Shown here piece after piece: positions 19,854 to 29,344 of a DNA stretch of 64,000 nucleotides. Within the stretch, counting starts at the first letter, position 1; each line of letters starts with the position of its first letter. The notes under the pieces were generated by a model. The model was given only the letters and a program-made list of their open reading frames with translations, had not been told where the DNA came from and searched no databases. The position numbers and the translations under genes were made by a program. Source of the stretch: an uncultured Chloroflexia bacterium (GTDB taxonomy: Bacteria; Chloroflexota; Limnocylindria; Limnocylindrales; CSP1-4); the NCBI GenBank assembly GCA_963740825.1, contig CAVUFD010000001.1:2625543-2689542 (forward strand). The letters run 5' to 3'.

Positions 19854-20723
19854 ATGACCGACCGGCTGGACCCGCCGCCCCTCGCCGATCCGTCCCCGTC
19901 CGCGGGCCGCGGCCAGCGCGCGGCCACGCGGCTCCGTCGCGCCACCCCGTTCCTCGCCGGCATCCTCGCCACGTTCCTGGGCGTCGCCCTGTACACCGCG
20001 CTGTTCCCGGCCAGGCCCGGCATCACGCAGCGCCAGGTCGTGGACACCGTCGACAACGTCCTCGCCTCGCAGACCCCCGGACCACCGCGCTCGGAGCTCG
20101 TGTTCAACACGATCCACCCGTCGCTGGTCCTGATCGAGACCGACACCAAGACCGATGCGACGCCGGCACCTGATGCCAGCCCGCCCACCAGCGGCCTCGG
20201 CAGCGGCGTGGTCGTCAACCTGGGCGGGGAGATCCTCACGGCGCTCCACGTGGTCGACGACGCGACCCACATCAAGGTCACCTACGCCGACGGAACGTCG
20301 ACGTCGGCGACGATCGTCAGCCGCGACGAGGCGAACGACATCGCGGTGCTGGACCCCGACTCGCCGCCCGCCCCGGTGGTGCCGGCCACGCTCGGCAATC
20401 CGGCAGCCATGCACATCGGCAGCGAGGCCTACATCGTCGGCAATCCCTTCGGCCTCTACGGCTCGCTCAGCACGGGCGTCGTGTCCGGCCTCGACCGCTC
20501 GTTCCGGGAGCCCGAGACGAACCGGATCATGAACGGCCTGATCCAGGTCGACGCCGCGGTCAACCCCGGCAACTCCGGTGGTCCGCTGGTCGACCGCAAC
20601 GGCAACGTGACCGGCATCGTGACCGCGCTCATCAACCCGACCGACGACGACGTGTTCATCGGGATCGGGCTGGCCGTGCCCATCGACGTCGCCGGCGGTG
20701 CCGCCGGCGCGCCCTCGTACTGA
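19854..20723 (+). CDS. Trypsin-like serine protease (S1C/HtrA-like, no PDZ domain), membrane-anchored
   Basis: ATG at 19854. N-terminal TM helix ILATFLGVALYTALF. Catalytic triad motifs ALHVV(D/H), DIAVL, GNSGGPLVD. Confidence 0.75.
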   Translation: MTDRLDPPPLADPSPSAGRGQRAATRLRRATPFLAGILATFLGVALYTALFPARPGITQRQVVDTVDNVLASQTPGPPRSELVFNTIHPSLVLIETDTKTDATPAPDASPPTSGLGSGVVVNLGGEILTALHVVDDATHIKVTYADGTSTSATIVSRDEANDIAVLDPDSPPAPVVPATLGNPAAMHIGSEAYIVGNPFGLYGSLSTGVVSGLDRSFREPETNRIMNGLIQVDAAVNPGNSGGPLVDRNGNVTGIVTALINPTDDDVFIGIGLAVPIDVAGGAAGAPSY

Positions 20724-20743
20724 CCCCGAAGGAGGTGACGCCC

Positions 20744-21754
20744 TTGGATCGCGACCCCAGCAGCCGGCCCGCGGCCCCCATGGAGAAGCTCCTGTACGAG
20801 GTCAAGAAGGTCATCGTCGGCCAGGACCACCTGCTCGAGCGGATGGTCGTCGCGCTGCTCGCCCGCGGGCACCTGCTCGTGGAGGGCGTGCCGGGCCTCG
20901 CGAAGACGATGGCCGTCAAGACGCTCGCCCAGGCGACCGGCGGCGAGTTCAAGCGGATCCAGTTCACGCCCGACCTCGTCCCCGCCGACCTCGTCGGTAC
21001 CCGGATCTACAACCAGAAGACCGGCGAGTTCACGACGTCGCTGGGGCCGGTGTTCACGAACCTCCTGCTGGCCGACGAGATCAACCGGGCGCCCGCGAAG
21101 GTCCAGAGCGCGCTGCTCGAGGTGATGCAGGAGCGACAGGTCACGATCGGCCACGACACGCACGCCGTTCCGGACCCGTTCCTCGTGCTGGCGACCCAGA
21201 ACCCGATCGAGACCGAGGGCACGTACGCGCTGCCGGAGGCGCAGGTCGACCGGTTCATGCTCAAGGTGGTCGTCGACTACCCCACCCCGGTCGAGGAGTT
21301 CGCGATCGTCGAGCGGATGACGGGGCGGCTCGACCGCGTCGCGCAGGTGCTCTCGTCGGGCGAGCTGCTCGCCCTGCAGCAGGTGGTCGACCGCGTCTAC
21401 GTCGATCCCGCGCTGTTCGAGTACGCGGTCCGGCTGTCCGGCGCGACCCGGACGCCGCGTGCGTACGGGATGCCGGACCTCGAGCGCTACATCACCTACG
21501 GCGCCAGCCCGCGGGCGTCGATCAACCTGATCCTCACGGCCCGTGCCCTGGCCTACGTCCGCGGCCGCGAGTACGTGCTCCCACAGGACGTCCTCGACAT
21601 GGCTCCCGACGTCATGCGCCACCGGCTGGTGCTCTCGTTCGAGGCCCTGTCGGACGAGGTCACCAGCGACGCCATCCTGTCCACGATCCTCGGCCGCGTC
21701 GTGCCGCCGGTCGTCCCGCTCCAGGACCATGCTCCAGTCCGTGTCGGTGCCTGA
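20744..21754 (+). CDS. MoxR-family AAA+ ATPase
   Basis: Walker A GVPGLAKT, Walker B LLADEINRA and the hallmark IGHDTHAVPDPFLVLATQNP. Start is probably TTG 20744, 9 nt after GGAGG; alternatives are GTG 20735 or ATG 20780. Confidence 0.85.
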   Translation: MDRDPSSRPAAPMEKLLYEVKKVIVGQDHLLERMVVALLARGHLLVEGVPGLAKTMAVKTLAQATGGEFKRIQFTPDLVPADLVGTRIYNQKTGEFTTSLGPVFTNLLLADEINRAPAKVQSALLEVMQERQVTIGHDTHAVPDPFLVLATQNPIETEGTYALPEAQVDRFMLKVVVDYPTPVEEFAIVERMTGRLDRVAQVLSSGELLALQQVVDRVYVDPALFEYAVRLSGATRTPRAYGMPDLERYITYGASPRASINLILTARALAYVRGREYVLPQDVLDMAPDVMRHRLVLSFEALSDEVTSDAILSTILGRVVPPVVPLQDHAPVRVGA

Positions 21755-22718
21755 GGCGACCGTCGCGACCCCGACCGGCGCGGTCGTCGCGGGGAGGCCC
21801 GGCGGCCGGCCCGCGCGGCCGGTCAGCGCGCCCGAGCGCGTGCTCCAGCGCCTCGACTGGCAGGTGGTCCGGCGCCTGGACGGCCTCCTCCAGGGCGACT
21901 ACCGGAGCCTGTTCCGCGGCGCCGGGCTCGACCTCGCCTCGCTGCGCGAGTACGAGCCGGGCGACGACGTGCGGCGCATCGACTGGAACGTCACCGCCCG
22001 GACGACGACGCCACACGTGCGCGAGTACCACGAGGACCGCGAGATCACGGCGTGGTTCCTGCTCGACCTCAGCCCGTCCGTGGACTTCGGGACGGTCGAG
22101 GACGGGCGCGTCAAGCGGACGCAGCTGGTCGACTTCACCGCGACGCTCGCCAGGCTGCTGACCCGCCGGGGCAATCGCGTCGGCGCGATGCTGTTCGCGG
22201 GCAAGCTCGACCGGACGATCCCGGCCGCCGGCGGGCGGGCGCAGGTCCTGCGGCTCGTGCGTGACCTGCAGGCCGAGCCCCACCTCGAGCAGGCGCCGCT
22301 GACGGACCTCGCGGCGCTGTTCGAGGCGGCCCATCGCCAGATCCGGCGCCGATCGATGGTCGTGATCGTGTCCGACTTCATCAGCGCGCCCGGCTGGGAG
22401 AAGCCGCTGCACCTGCTCAACCGGCGGCACGAGGTGCTGGCCGTCCGGCTCGAGGACCCGCGCGAGAGCGAGCTCCCCGATGTGGGTCCGATCGTCGTCC
22501 AGGACTCGGAGACGGGCGAGCAGCTGGTCGTCGACACCCACGACGCGGCGTTCCGTCGACAATTCGCTGAGGCGGCGACCGCGCGACAGGACGAGCTGGC
22601 ACGCGCGTTCGGCCGGGCGGGCGTGGACGCCGTGTCGCTGTCCACCGAGGACGACCTCGTCCGCGCGATCGTCCGCATGGCCGCCCGGCGCAAGCGGCGT
22701 CGGCGGAGCCGAGCATGA
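21729..22718 (+). CDS. DUF58 family protein (MoxR partner, VWA-like)
   Basis: ATG at 21729 gives MLQSVSVPE... Contains YEPGDDVRRIDW, the DUF58 signature. Overlaps the MoxR gene end by 26 nt. Confidence 0.75.
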   Translation: MLQSVSVPEATVATPTGAVVAGRPGGRPARPVSAPERVLQRLDWQVVRRLDGLLQGDYRSLFRGAGLDLASLREYEPGDDVRRIDWNVTARTTTPHVREYHEDREITAWFLLDLSPSVDFGTVEDGRVKRTQLVDFTATLARLLTRRGNRVGAMLFAGKLDRTIPAAGGRAQVLRLVRDLQAEPHLEQAPLTDLAALFEAAHRQIRRRSMVVIVSDFISAPGWEKPLHLLNRRHEVLAVRLEDPRESELPDVGPIVVQDSETGEQLVVDTHDAAFRRQFAEAATARQDELARAFGRAGVDAVSLSTEDDLVRAIVRMAARRKRRRRSRA

Positions 22719-23719
22719 CGTTCGCCTCGCCGCAGCTGCTGCTGCTCCTGCTGCTCATCCCGCTGGGGATCGTCGCGGCGCGGTCGATCGAGTGGCGGCG
22801 GCGGGTACGGGCCGCCGCCCTGCTCGGGGCTGTCACCGGCGCACCGCCTCGGCGACGGCCGGTCCGGGCGGTGCTCCCGGGTGCGCTGCTGGTGGCCGGG
22901 TTTGTCGTGCTCGGGATCGCGGTCGCCCGGCCGCACGCCGACGTGGCGCTGCCGCGGCCCGAGGGCACCGTGATGCTGACCTTCGACGTGTCGGGGAGCA
23001 TGGCGGCGACCGACCTGCCGCCGACCCGCATGGACACGGCCCGCACGATCGCCTCGACGATCGTCCAGCGCCAGCCGCCGGGCGTCGTGGTGGGCCTCGT
23101 CGCGTTCAGCGACGCCGGGATCGCGGTGCACGCGCCGACCAGCGACCAGGCGGACGTCCTCGCCGCGATCCAGCGGCTCACGCCCGCCCGCGGCACGTCC
23201 GTCGGCCAGGGCCTGATCTCGGCGCTCGACGCCATCGAGAAGGCCCGGACCGACACGCCGGCCGACATCTACAGCAACCGCTCCGAGGCGCCGGTCGAGA
23301 CCTTGCCGCCGGTGGATCCGGCGAGCGATGCCTCGACCGTGATCGTGCTGCTCAGCGACGGCGAGAACAACGAGCGTCCGGACCCGATCGCGATGGCCCA
23401 GGAGGCCGCGGATCGGGGAATCCGGATCGTGACCATCGGGATCGGCAGCGCGGCGGGCGCCGACCTCGACCTCGACGGCTTCCGGGTCCACACCCAGCTC
23501 GACGAGGCGACGCTGACCCAGATCGCGGAGATGACCGGCGGCTCGTACCACGCGGCCGACGACCCCGACGGTGTGGAGGCGATCTACCAGGACCTGCAGC
23601 CGAAGCTGGTCGTGCGCACCGAGCCGCTCGAGGTCACGTCCCTGTTCGCGGCGCTCGGTCTCGCGCTCCTGGTGGCCGGCGGCGCCCTGTCGCTCGCGTG
23701 GTCGGGGCGGCTGCCGTGA
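22715..23719 (+). CDS. VWA domain membrane protein (BatA-like)
   Basis: N- and C-terminal TM helices flank a vWA domain with MIDAS motif DVSGSM and LLSDGENN. ATGA overlap with DUF58. Confidence 0.75.
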   Translation: MTFASPQLLLLLLLIPLGIVAARSIEWRRRVRAAALLGAVTGAPPRRRPVRAVLPGALLVAGFVVLGIAVARPHADVALPRPEGTVMLTFDVSGSMAATDLPPTRMDTARTIASTIVQRQPPGVVVGLVAFSDAGIAVHAPTSDQADVLAAIQRLTPARGTSVGQGLISALDAIEKARTDTPADIYSNRSEAPVETLPPVDPASDASTVIVLLSDGENNERPDPIAMAQEAADRGIRIVTIGIGSAAGADLDLDGFRVHTQLDEATLTQIAEMTGGSYHAADDPDGVEAIYQDLQPKLVVRTEPLEVTSLFAALGLALLVAGGALSLAWSGRLP

Positions 23720-24798
23720 CGTTCCTGTGGATCGGCCTGCTGGCGCTCGTCCTCGTCGTCCCGGTGCTGGTCGGGATCTACCTCTGGAGCCAGCGCCGGC
23801 GGCGGCCGGTGGCCGCGCGGTACTCGAGCCTGTCGCTGATCCGAGCCGCCCGGCCGGGCGCGTCACGCCTCCGCCGACACCTGCCGTTCGCGCTGTTCGC
23901 CGCGGGCGTCGCGGCGCTGGTGATCGCGCTCGGCCGCCCGGTGGTCGTACTCAGCGTGCCGGCGAACCAGGCCACGATCATCCTCGCGATGGACGTGTCG
24001 GGGAGCATGTGCTCGACCGACATCGACCCGACCCGGCTCGAGGCCGCCGAGGACGCCGCGGTGGCGTTCGTGACCAGCCAGAGCTCCGGGTCGGAGATCG
24101 GGCTCGTAGCGTTCAGTGGCCTCGCGGCGGTGATCCAGCCGCCCACGAGCGACCAGCAGGTCCTCATCGACGCCATCCGCAGCCTCACGACCGGTCGCCG
24201 GACCGCGATCGGCAGCGGGATCCTCGCCTCGATCGACGCCATCGCCGAGGTCGACCCGAACGTGGCCCGCGCGATCCTCCCCAGCCGGCCGGGGACGGCG
24301 CCCGATCCGGTGGTCGAGGGCGCGTACGTCCCGGACATCGTCGTGCTCCTCACCGACGGCGCCAACAACGCCGGCACGCCGCCGGTCGACGCGGCCCAGC
24401 AGGCGGTCGACCGGGGGGTCCGCGTGTACACCATCGGGTTCGGGTCGGCCGAGGGCGGCGAGCTCGACCCGGTCTGCCGCCAGCAGTTCATCGGCCGCGA
24501 GCCGGCGGGCGCCGGTGGCGGCGGGTTCGGCCCGGGCGGCGGGTTCGGTGGCGGCTTCGGCGGCGGGTTCCGGCGCGGCATCGACGAGGACACGCTGCGC
24601 TCGGTCGCCGACCTCACCGGTGGCAAGTACTACCCGGCCGAGAGCGCGAGCGAGCTCGAGCAGGTCTTCCGCGACCTGCCGACCACGACGATCACCAAGT
24701 CCGAGCCGGTCGAGGTCAGCGCCGGGTTCGTGGGCATCGGCGGCCTGCTCGCGGCGATGGCCCTGCTCCTCGGCCGCGCCTGGCGCCCGCTGCCCTAG
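23716..24798 (+). CDS. VWA domain membrane protein (BatB-like) with Gly-rich GGGF repeat
   Basis: GTG at 23716 overlaps the upstream TGA (GTGA). vWA MIDAS motifs DVSGSM and LLTDGANN. GAGGGGFGPGGGFGGGFGGGF is encoded by tandem GGCGGGTTCGG repeats. C-terminal TM helix. Confidence 0.75.
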   Translation: MTFLWIGLLALVLVVPVLVGIYLWSQRRRRPVAARYSSLSLIRAARPGASRLRRHLPFALFAAGVAALVIALGRPVVVLSVPANQATIILAMDVSGSMCSTDIDPTRLEAAEDAAVAFVTSQSSGSEIGLVAFSGLAAVIQPPTSDQQVLIDAIRSLTTGRRTAIGSGILASIDAIAEVDPNVARAILPSRPGTAPDPVVEGAYVPDIVVLLTDGANNAGTPPVDAAQQAVDRGVRVYTIGFGSAEGGELDPVCRQQFIGREPAGAGGGGFGPGGGFGGGFGGGFRRGIDEDTLRSVADLTGGKYYPAESASELEQVFRDLPTTTITKSEPVEVSAGFVGIGGLLAAMALLLGRAWRPLP

Positions 24799-24968
24799 GT
24801 CCTCGCCCTCGCCTTCGTTCTGGCCATGCGCGGCGTGGAGCGCCACGCTGCCGCGCACATCGGAGCGAATCGCGTCGATCGTGCCACCGTGACGCGCACG
24901 ATCGAGGAGCGTCGGCCTGTCCTCGCCGGTTCGGGGCATCCGAGTGGCACGACGATGCGCCGTTCATC

Positions 24969-25024
24969 GCACTGCCACTGGGTGGCGCCGACGGGGTCAC
25001 CGGCGCGGCCAATCACTGGCAGTG
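24969..25024. terminator. Compound stem-loop between convergent genes (possible bidirectional terminator)
   Basis: Outer arms CACTGCCACTG (24970-80) and CACTGGCAGTG (25014-24) enclose an inner GCGCCG/CGGCGC hairpin. It sits between the VWA operon end (24798) and the MBL gene end (25214). No U-tract, as expected in high-GC genomes. Confidence 0.25.
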
Positions 25025-25213
25025 AACGCTTCTGGGTCGAGGCGGGCTCGAGACCGGACCAACGGCCGCCTTCATCGCTGTCAGCGATCGATCGTGCCCG
25101 TGGACCCTCCTTGGACGGCCTACAGGTCGAAAGCGTTCGTTGCCGGAGATAGCCGGCCGGTGGACCCGATCAATGCGATGCCCGCCAGGCATGAACGTTG
25201 GCCTCGGTTGGGA

Positions 25214-25960
25214 TCAGCCCACGCGGGCCGGCGGCAGGGGCGCCTTCGCGGCGGCCTCACGGATCTGGCGCAGCGCCTCGCCGACGCCGCCCGTCCAGGC
25301 GTCGCCGTGGCCCGGCAGCACCCATGCGGCCTCGATGCCGTCGAGCGCGTCGAGCGACGCCAGCGCCCCCGCCGGGTCGAGCGTGAACGGCGCCAGCCGC
25401 GGGCCGACCTCGCCCGTGAGCACGCTGCGGGTCGTCATGGCGTCGCCCATGAACAGCGCGCCGACGAGCGGCACGTGTACCCCGACGCTCCCGGGCGTAT
25501 GGCCCGGGAGCGGGATGACGTGCGGCGAGCCCGGCAGGTCGAGCGTCGCCTCGCCGTCGATCGGCGTCGGATCGACGACCGGCTTCGTGCGCAGCCCGCC
25601 CTTGCGCAGGCCGTAGGCCATGAACCCGAGGAACGGGCCGAGCTTCATCGGGCCCCAGCCGCTCGACGGCTTGCCGACCTCCCCCCGGGCCCGCGCCACG
25701 TCGGCGGCGCCCACGTGGACGGGGATCCCGGTCTCCTGGTGGAGGCGGTTCGCGAACCCCACGTGGTCCGTGTCGCCGTGCGTGAGCACGATCGCGCGCA
25801 CGTCGGCCTTCGATCGGCCCATCGCCGCGAGCTCGCGTTCGAGGTCGCCGTACTGGCCGGACATCCCGGCGTCGACGATGGTGATCGCGCCACCCTCCTC
25901 GACGAGGTAGCTGTTGACGAGGCCGTCGCCGAGGCGGTGCAGGCCGGGCGCGAGTTGCAT
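25214..25960 (-). CDS. MBL-fold metallo-hydrolase
   Basis: Metallo-beta-lactamase motif VLTHGDTDHVG (HxHxDH) followed by conserved His/Asp ligands. Confidence 0.8.
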   Translation of the reverse strand: MQLAPGLHRLGDGLVNSYLVEEGGAITIVDAGMSGQYGDLERELAAMGRSKADVRAIVLTHGDTDHVGFANRLHQETGIPVHVGAADVARARGEVGKPSSGWGPMKLGPFLGFMAYGLRKGGLRTKPVVDPTPIDGEATLDLPGSPHVIPLPGHTPGSVGVHVPLVGALFMGDAMTTRSVLTGEVGPRLAPFTLDPAGALASLDALDGIEAAWVLPGHGDAWTGGVGEALRQIREAAAKAPLPPARVG

Positions 25961-25989
25961 GGCAGGCTCCCAGTTGGTTTGGGTGCAGG

Positions 25990-26346
25990 CTAGTCGACCC
26001 GGGCGGCCGACGGCCCGAAGGCGTCCCGGGCGCCCGGCCCGAGCGCGGCGAGGATGGCCGCGTTCGTGAGGACGACGGCACCGAAGACGAGGCCGGCGAT
26101 CGGCTGGGCGGCGACGACCAGCAGGACCGCCGCGACGAGCAGGATCGCCGTCCCGACGACATCCTTCTGCGGCTGGCTCAGCCCGTTACGGGTCTTGGGC
26201 GCGACGACGACGGCCCACACGACGACGGCGCCGGCCATCGCGACGACGGCACCGGCGGGACCGGCGACCTGGGATCCCCAGTACGCGTACGCCGCGATGC
26301 CGGCGAGCTCGAGGACGAACCTGAGGGTGAAATTCGCGATGGCCAT
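25990..26346 (-). CDS. DUF2568/YrdB-like small membrane protein
   Basis: ATG at 26346 gives MAIANFTLRFVLELAGIAAYAYWG and four hydrophobic helices. Divergent from a TetR gene. Confidence 0.55.
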   Translation of the reverse strand: MAIANFTLRFVLELAGIAAYAYWGSQVAGPAGAVVAMAGAVVVWAVVVAPKTRNGLSQPQKDVVGTAILLVAAVLLVVAAQPIAGLVFGAVVLTNAAILAALGPGARDAFGPSAARVD

Positions 26347-26379
26347 GACGCTCTCCTGACGTGGTACGCTTCGCCTGTC

Positions 26380-26422
26380 ATGGCTATAGTACGTAGCCTT
26401 CATGGCTACTGTCAATAGCCAT
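26380..26422. promoter_or_regulatory. Two adjacent 21-bp palindromic operators (ATGGCTA-N7-TAGCCAT type) in the DUF2568/TetR divergent intergenic region
   Basis: O1 ATGGCTATAGTACGTAGCCTT (26380-26400) and O2 ATGGCTACTGTCAATAGCCAT (26402-26422, perfect 7-7-7). They lie between divergent starts at 26346 (minus strand) and 26455 (plus strand). Confidence 0.45.
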
Positions 26423-26454
26423 CATCCGAGTCGGACCACGGAGATCAGCGGCCA

Positions 26455-27033
26455 ATGCCGACGCCGTCGCGAACCTCGACCGCCCAGATCGTCGCCGCGG
26501 GCCGCGCCATCCTGGAGACTGAGGGCTTCGATGGGCTGACGATGCAGCGCGTCGCCGCCGCGGTCGGCGTCCGAGCCCCGTCGCTGTACAAGCGCGTCAA
26601 CGGGCGCCGGGAGCTCGTGCGGCTGATCGCGGTCGACGCCGCGAGCGAGCTGTCGCGCACGCTCGAGGCGGCGGCCACGACGGGCGATCCCCGTCGCGAC
26701 CTGGCGGCGATCGCGACGGCCTTCCGGGCGTTCGCGCACACACATCCCGAGGCCTACGGGCTGCTGTTCCGCCGGCTGCCCGAAGGCTGGCGTCCCGACG
26801 TCGACCTCGGCTCGCCGGGGTTCGAGGCGCTGTTCCGGACGGTCGAGGCGATCTCCGGCCCGGACCGGCGGCTCGAGGCCGCCCGCACGGTCGTCGCGTG
26901 GGCCAACGGCTTCGTGGGCATGGAGCTCGCCGGCGCGTTCCGGCTCGGCGGCGACGTCGACCGGGCATTCGCGTACGGAGCCGAGGCGATCGCGGGGGCG
27001 ATCAGCGAGCGGCCACGAGCCGCGCGACGATGA
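26455..27033 (+). CDS. TetR/AcrR family transcriptional regulator
   Basis: N-terminal TetR HTH (GFDGLTMQRVAAAVGVRAPSLYKRV) with a C-terminal ligand-binding helical domain. Confidence 0.85.
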   Translation: MPTPSRTSTAQIVAAGRAILETEGFDGLTMQRVAAAVGVRAPSLYKRVNGRRELVRLIAVDAASELSRTLEAAATTGDPRRDLAAIATAFRAFAHTHPEAYGLLFRRLPEGWRPDVDLGSPGFEALFRTVEAISGPDRRLEAARTVVAWANGFVGMELAGAFRLGGDVDRAFAYGAEAIAGAISERPRAARR

Positions 27034-28397
27034 GCGGCATGCACACCACGGCCGTCATCGGGGCGCTGACGCGGATCGTCGGCGAGGCGCACGTCCTCGC
27101 GGATCAGCAGCTTCGGGCCGGCTACGAGCTCGACTGGACCGGTCGCTACCGCGGCGAGGCGAGCGCCGTCGTCCGGCCCGGGAGCCTCGACGAGGTCGCC
27201 GAGATCGTGCGGGCGTGCCGCGCGGCCCGCGTCCCGCTCGTGCCGCAGGGCGGCAACACGGGGCTCGTGGGCGGTGGCGTGCCGCGGGACGGGGCGGTGC
27301 TGCTCAGCCTGCGCCGGCTCACGACCGTCGAGGACGTCGATGCCGACAGCGGGTCGATCGTCGCGGCCGCGGGTGCGACGGTCGCGGCCGTCCACCATGC
27401 GGCGAGCACTGCCGGGTGGGGCTACGGCGTCGATCTTGCCGCGCGCGACTCCGCGACGGTCGGCGGGACGATCGCGACCAACGCCGGCGGGATCCACGTG
27501 TTCCGCAACGGCATGACGCGCGACCAGGTGCTGGGGATCGAGGCGGTGCTCGGCGACGGCACGGTCGTCAGCCGCCTGGATGCGCCCCGGAAGGACAACA
27601 CCGGCTACGCCCTGGCCCAGCTGCTGGCCGGCTCAGAGGGCACGCTGGGCATCGTCACGGCCGCGCGACTCCGCCTGCTGCCGCGGCTCGATCGTCGCGC
27701 CGTGGCGGTCCTCGGGATCTCGAGCGTCGACGTCGCCGTCCGCCTGGCCGGATCGCTCCGGCGGTCGCTCCCGGGCCTGAACGCCGTCGAGTTCGTCGCC
27801 GCCGACGCGCTGGACCTCGTCGTGCAGCACGGCGCGGTCCGTCCGATCGGCGCGCGCCACCCCGCCTACCTGCTGGTCGAGGTCGCCGACACGATCGACC
27901 CGGAGCCCGCCCTCGTCGCGGCCCTGCATCGGTCCCCCGACGTCGACGATGCCGTGGTCGCGACCGACGGCCCGGCGCGCGCGCGGCTGTGGCAGATCCG
28001 GGAACAGCTGCCCGACGCGCTCCAGCGCGAGGGCGTCCCCCACTCGATCGATGCGGCCCTCCCGCTGCATCGGCTGCCCGCCTTCGTCGGCCTCCTCCCG
28101 CCCACGGTCGAACGGGCCTCGCCAGGCGCCCGGCTGATCCTGTTCGGCCACCTGCTCGACGGCAACATCCACGTCAACGTCATCGGCCCCGCCCCCGACG
28201 ATCCCGCGGTCGACGACGCCGTCCTGGCGCTCGCCGTCGAGCTCGGCGGCACCGTCAGCGCCGAGCACGGCATCGGCGTCGCGAAGACCGCGTGGCTGGC
28301 CCGAGACCGCTCGCCGGGCGACCTCGCGGCGATGCGTGCGATCAAGCGCGCGCTTGACCCGGACGGGATCCTCAACCCGGGCGTCCTGCTGGCGTAG
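27030..28397 (+). CDS. FAD-linked oxidase (GlcD/D-lactate dehydrogenase family)
   Basis: ATG at 27030 overlaps the TetR stop (ATGA). FAD_binding_4 motifs PQGGNTGLVGG and ATNAGGIH. C-terminal FAD-oxidase_C domain (AEHGIGVAKTAWL). Confidence 0.8.
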   Translation: MSGMHTTAVIGALTRIVGEAHVLADQQLRAGYELDWTGRYRGEASAVVRPGSLDEVAEIVRACRAARVPLVPQGGNTGLVGGGVPRDGAVLLSLRRLTTVEDVDADSGSIVAAAGATVAAVHHAASTAGWGYGVDLAARDSATVGGTIATNAGGIHVFRNGMTRDQVLGIEAVLGDGTVVSRLDAPRKDNTGYALAQLLAGSEGTLGIVTAARLRLLPRLDRRAVAVLGISSVDVAVRLAGSLRRSLPGLNAVEFVAADALDLVVQHGAVRPIGARHPAYLLVEVADTIDPEPALVAALHRSPDVDDAVVATDGPARARLWQIREQLPDALQREGVPHSIDAALPLHRLPAFVGLLPPTVERASPGARLILFGHLLDGNIHVNVIGPAPDDPAVDDAVLALAVELGGTVSAEHGIGVAKTAWLARDRSPGDLAAMRAIKRALDPDGILNPGVLLA

Positions 28398-28427
28398 CCA
28401 GGATCGCCTCGGGCGTGGGGCGTCGAC

Positions 28428-29222
28428 TCAGGCCGGCCGGCGACCCCACGCGGCCACCATGCCCGGTGGCAGGAACCAGCGCTCGGGCTCCGCGAGCGCC
28501 TGCTGGGCGCGCTCGAGCGTCTCGAGGGCTGGTACGAGCTCCCGATGCTCGGCGGCCGCCTGCGCGAGCGCCGAGCGGGCCTGCTCGCCCGTGAGCCGAT
28601 GGAACTCGGCGGTCGTCGAGCCGCCCCGGAAGAACGGCAGGTCGACCTCGCCGCCCACGTCCTCGAGCCCCAGCCGGTCGAGCAACGGCGGCATGCGGCG
28701 CGCCCAGTCGTAGTCGGGGCCGGCGGCTCGCAACATCGGAATAGCCGCGGCCGCGGACGCGGCCCAGTCGGCGTCGGGCGACAGCGTCGCGAACGACAGG
28801 TCGTACTCCTCCAGGAGGATCCGGCCGCCGGGCGCCAGGAGCGACACGAGGCGCGCGAGCACGTCCTCGCGCTCTGGCAGGTGGATCAGGAGCAGGCGGA
28901 CGGCGATGAGGTCGAAGCGTTCGTCGGGCAACGGGTCGCGCACGATGTCGTGGCGCCGGACCTCGAGGCCATCCGGCGGGTCCACCGCCAGGAACCGGGG
29001 GTCGATATCCGTGGCGAGGACGCGGCCGCCGGGCGCGACCCGGACGGCGAGCCAGCGGGCGATCGAGCCGGCCCCGGCACCGGGCACGAACACTCGCCAT
29101 CCCGCGCCGATGCCGATCCGCTCCAGGCGTTCGATTGTCATCGGGTCGTGGACCGCGTGGAGCAGCGACAACCGCCGTTGTGCCTGCTCCCAGGCGTTGT
29201 CGAGGACGTAGCCCATCCGCAC
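28428..29222 (-). CDS. Class I SAM-dependent methyltransferase
   Basis: Motif I VFVPGAGAGSIARWL (GxGxG) with an acidic post-I residue (LATDID) and the Rossmann-fold MTase pattern. Confidence 0.75.
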   Translation of the reverse strand: MRMGYVLDNAWEQAQRRLSLLHAVHDPMTIERLERIGIGAGWRVFVPGAGAGSIARWLAVRVAPGGRVLATDIDPRFLAVDPPDGLEVRRHDIVRDPLPDERFDLIAVRLLLIHLPEREDVLARLVSLLAPGGRILLEEYDLSFATLSPDADWAASAAAAIPMLRAAGPDYDWARRMPPLLDRLGLEDVGGEVDLPFFRGGSTTAEFHRLTGEQARSALAQAAAEHRELVPALETLERAQQALAEPERWFLPPGMVAAWGRRPA

Positions 29223-29344
29223 CTCCGCGATGTCGGCATCGTAAGCGCCTGCGCCAGCGGCATCGAGCCGTTGACACCGGCTCGACCCGGTGAGATAGTT
29301 GCACGAGCAATCACTTCCCCAGCAGCCGCATCGGAACCAACGCC

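Noticed and set aside
24969-25024. Inverted repeat CACTGCCAcTG-N33-CAcTGGCAGTG as a transcription-factor site.
   Set aside because: Its position between two convergent gene ends and the nested GC-rich inner hairpin fit a transcript-end structure better than an operator. It is kept only as a low-confidence terminator.
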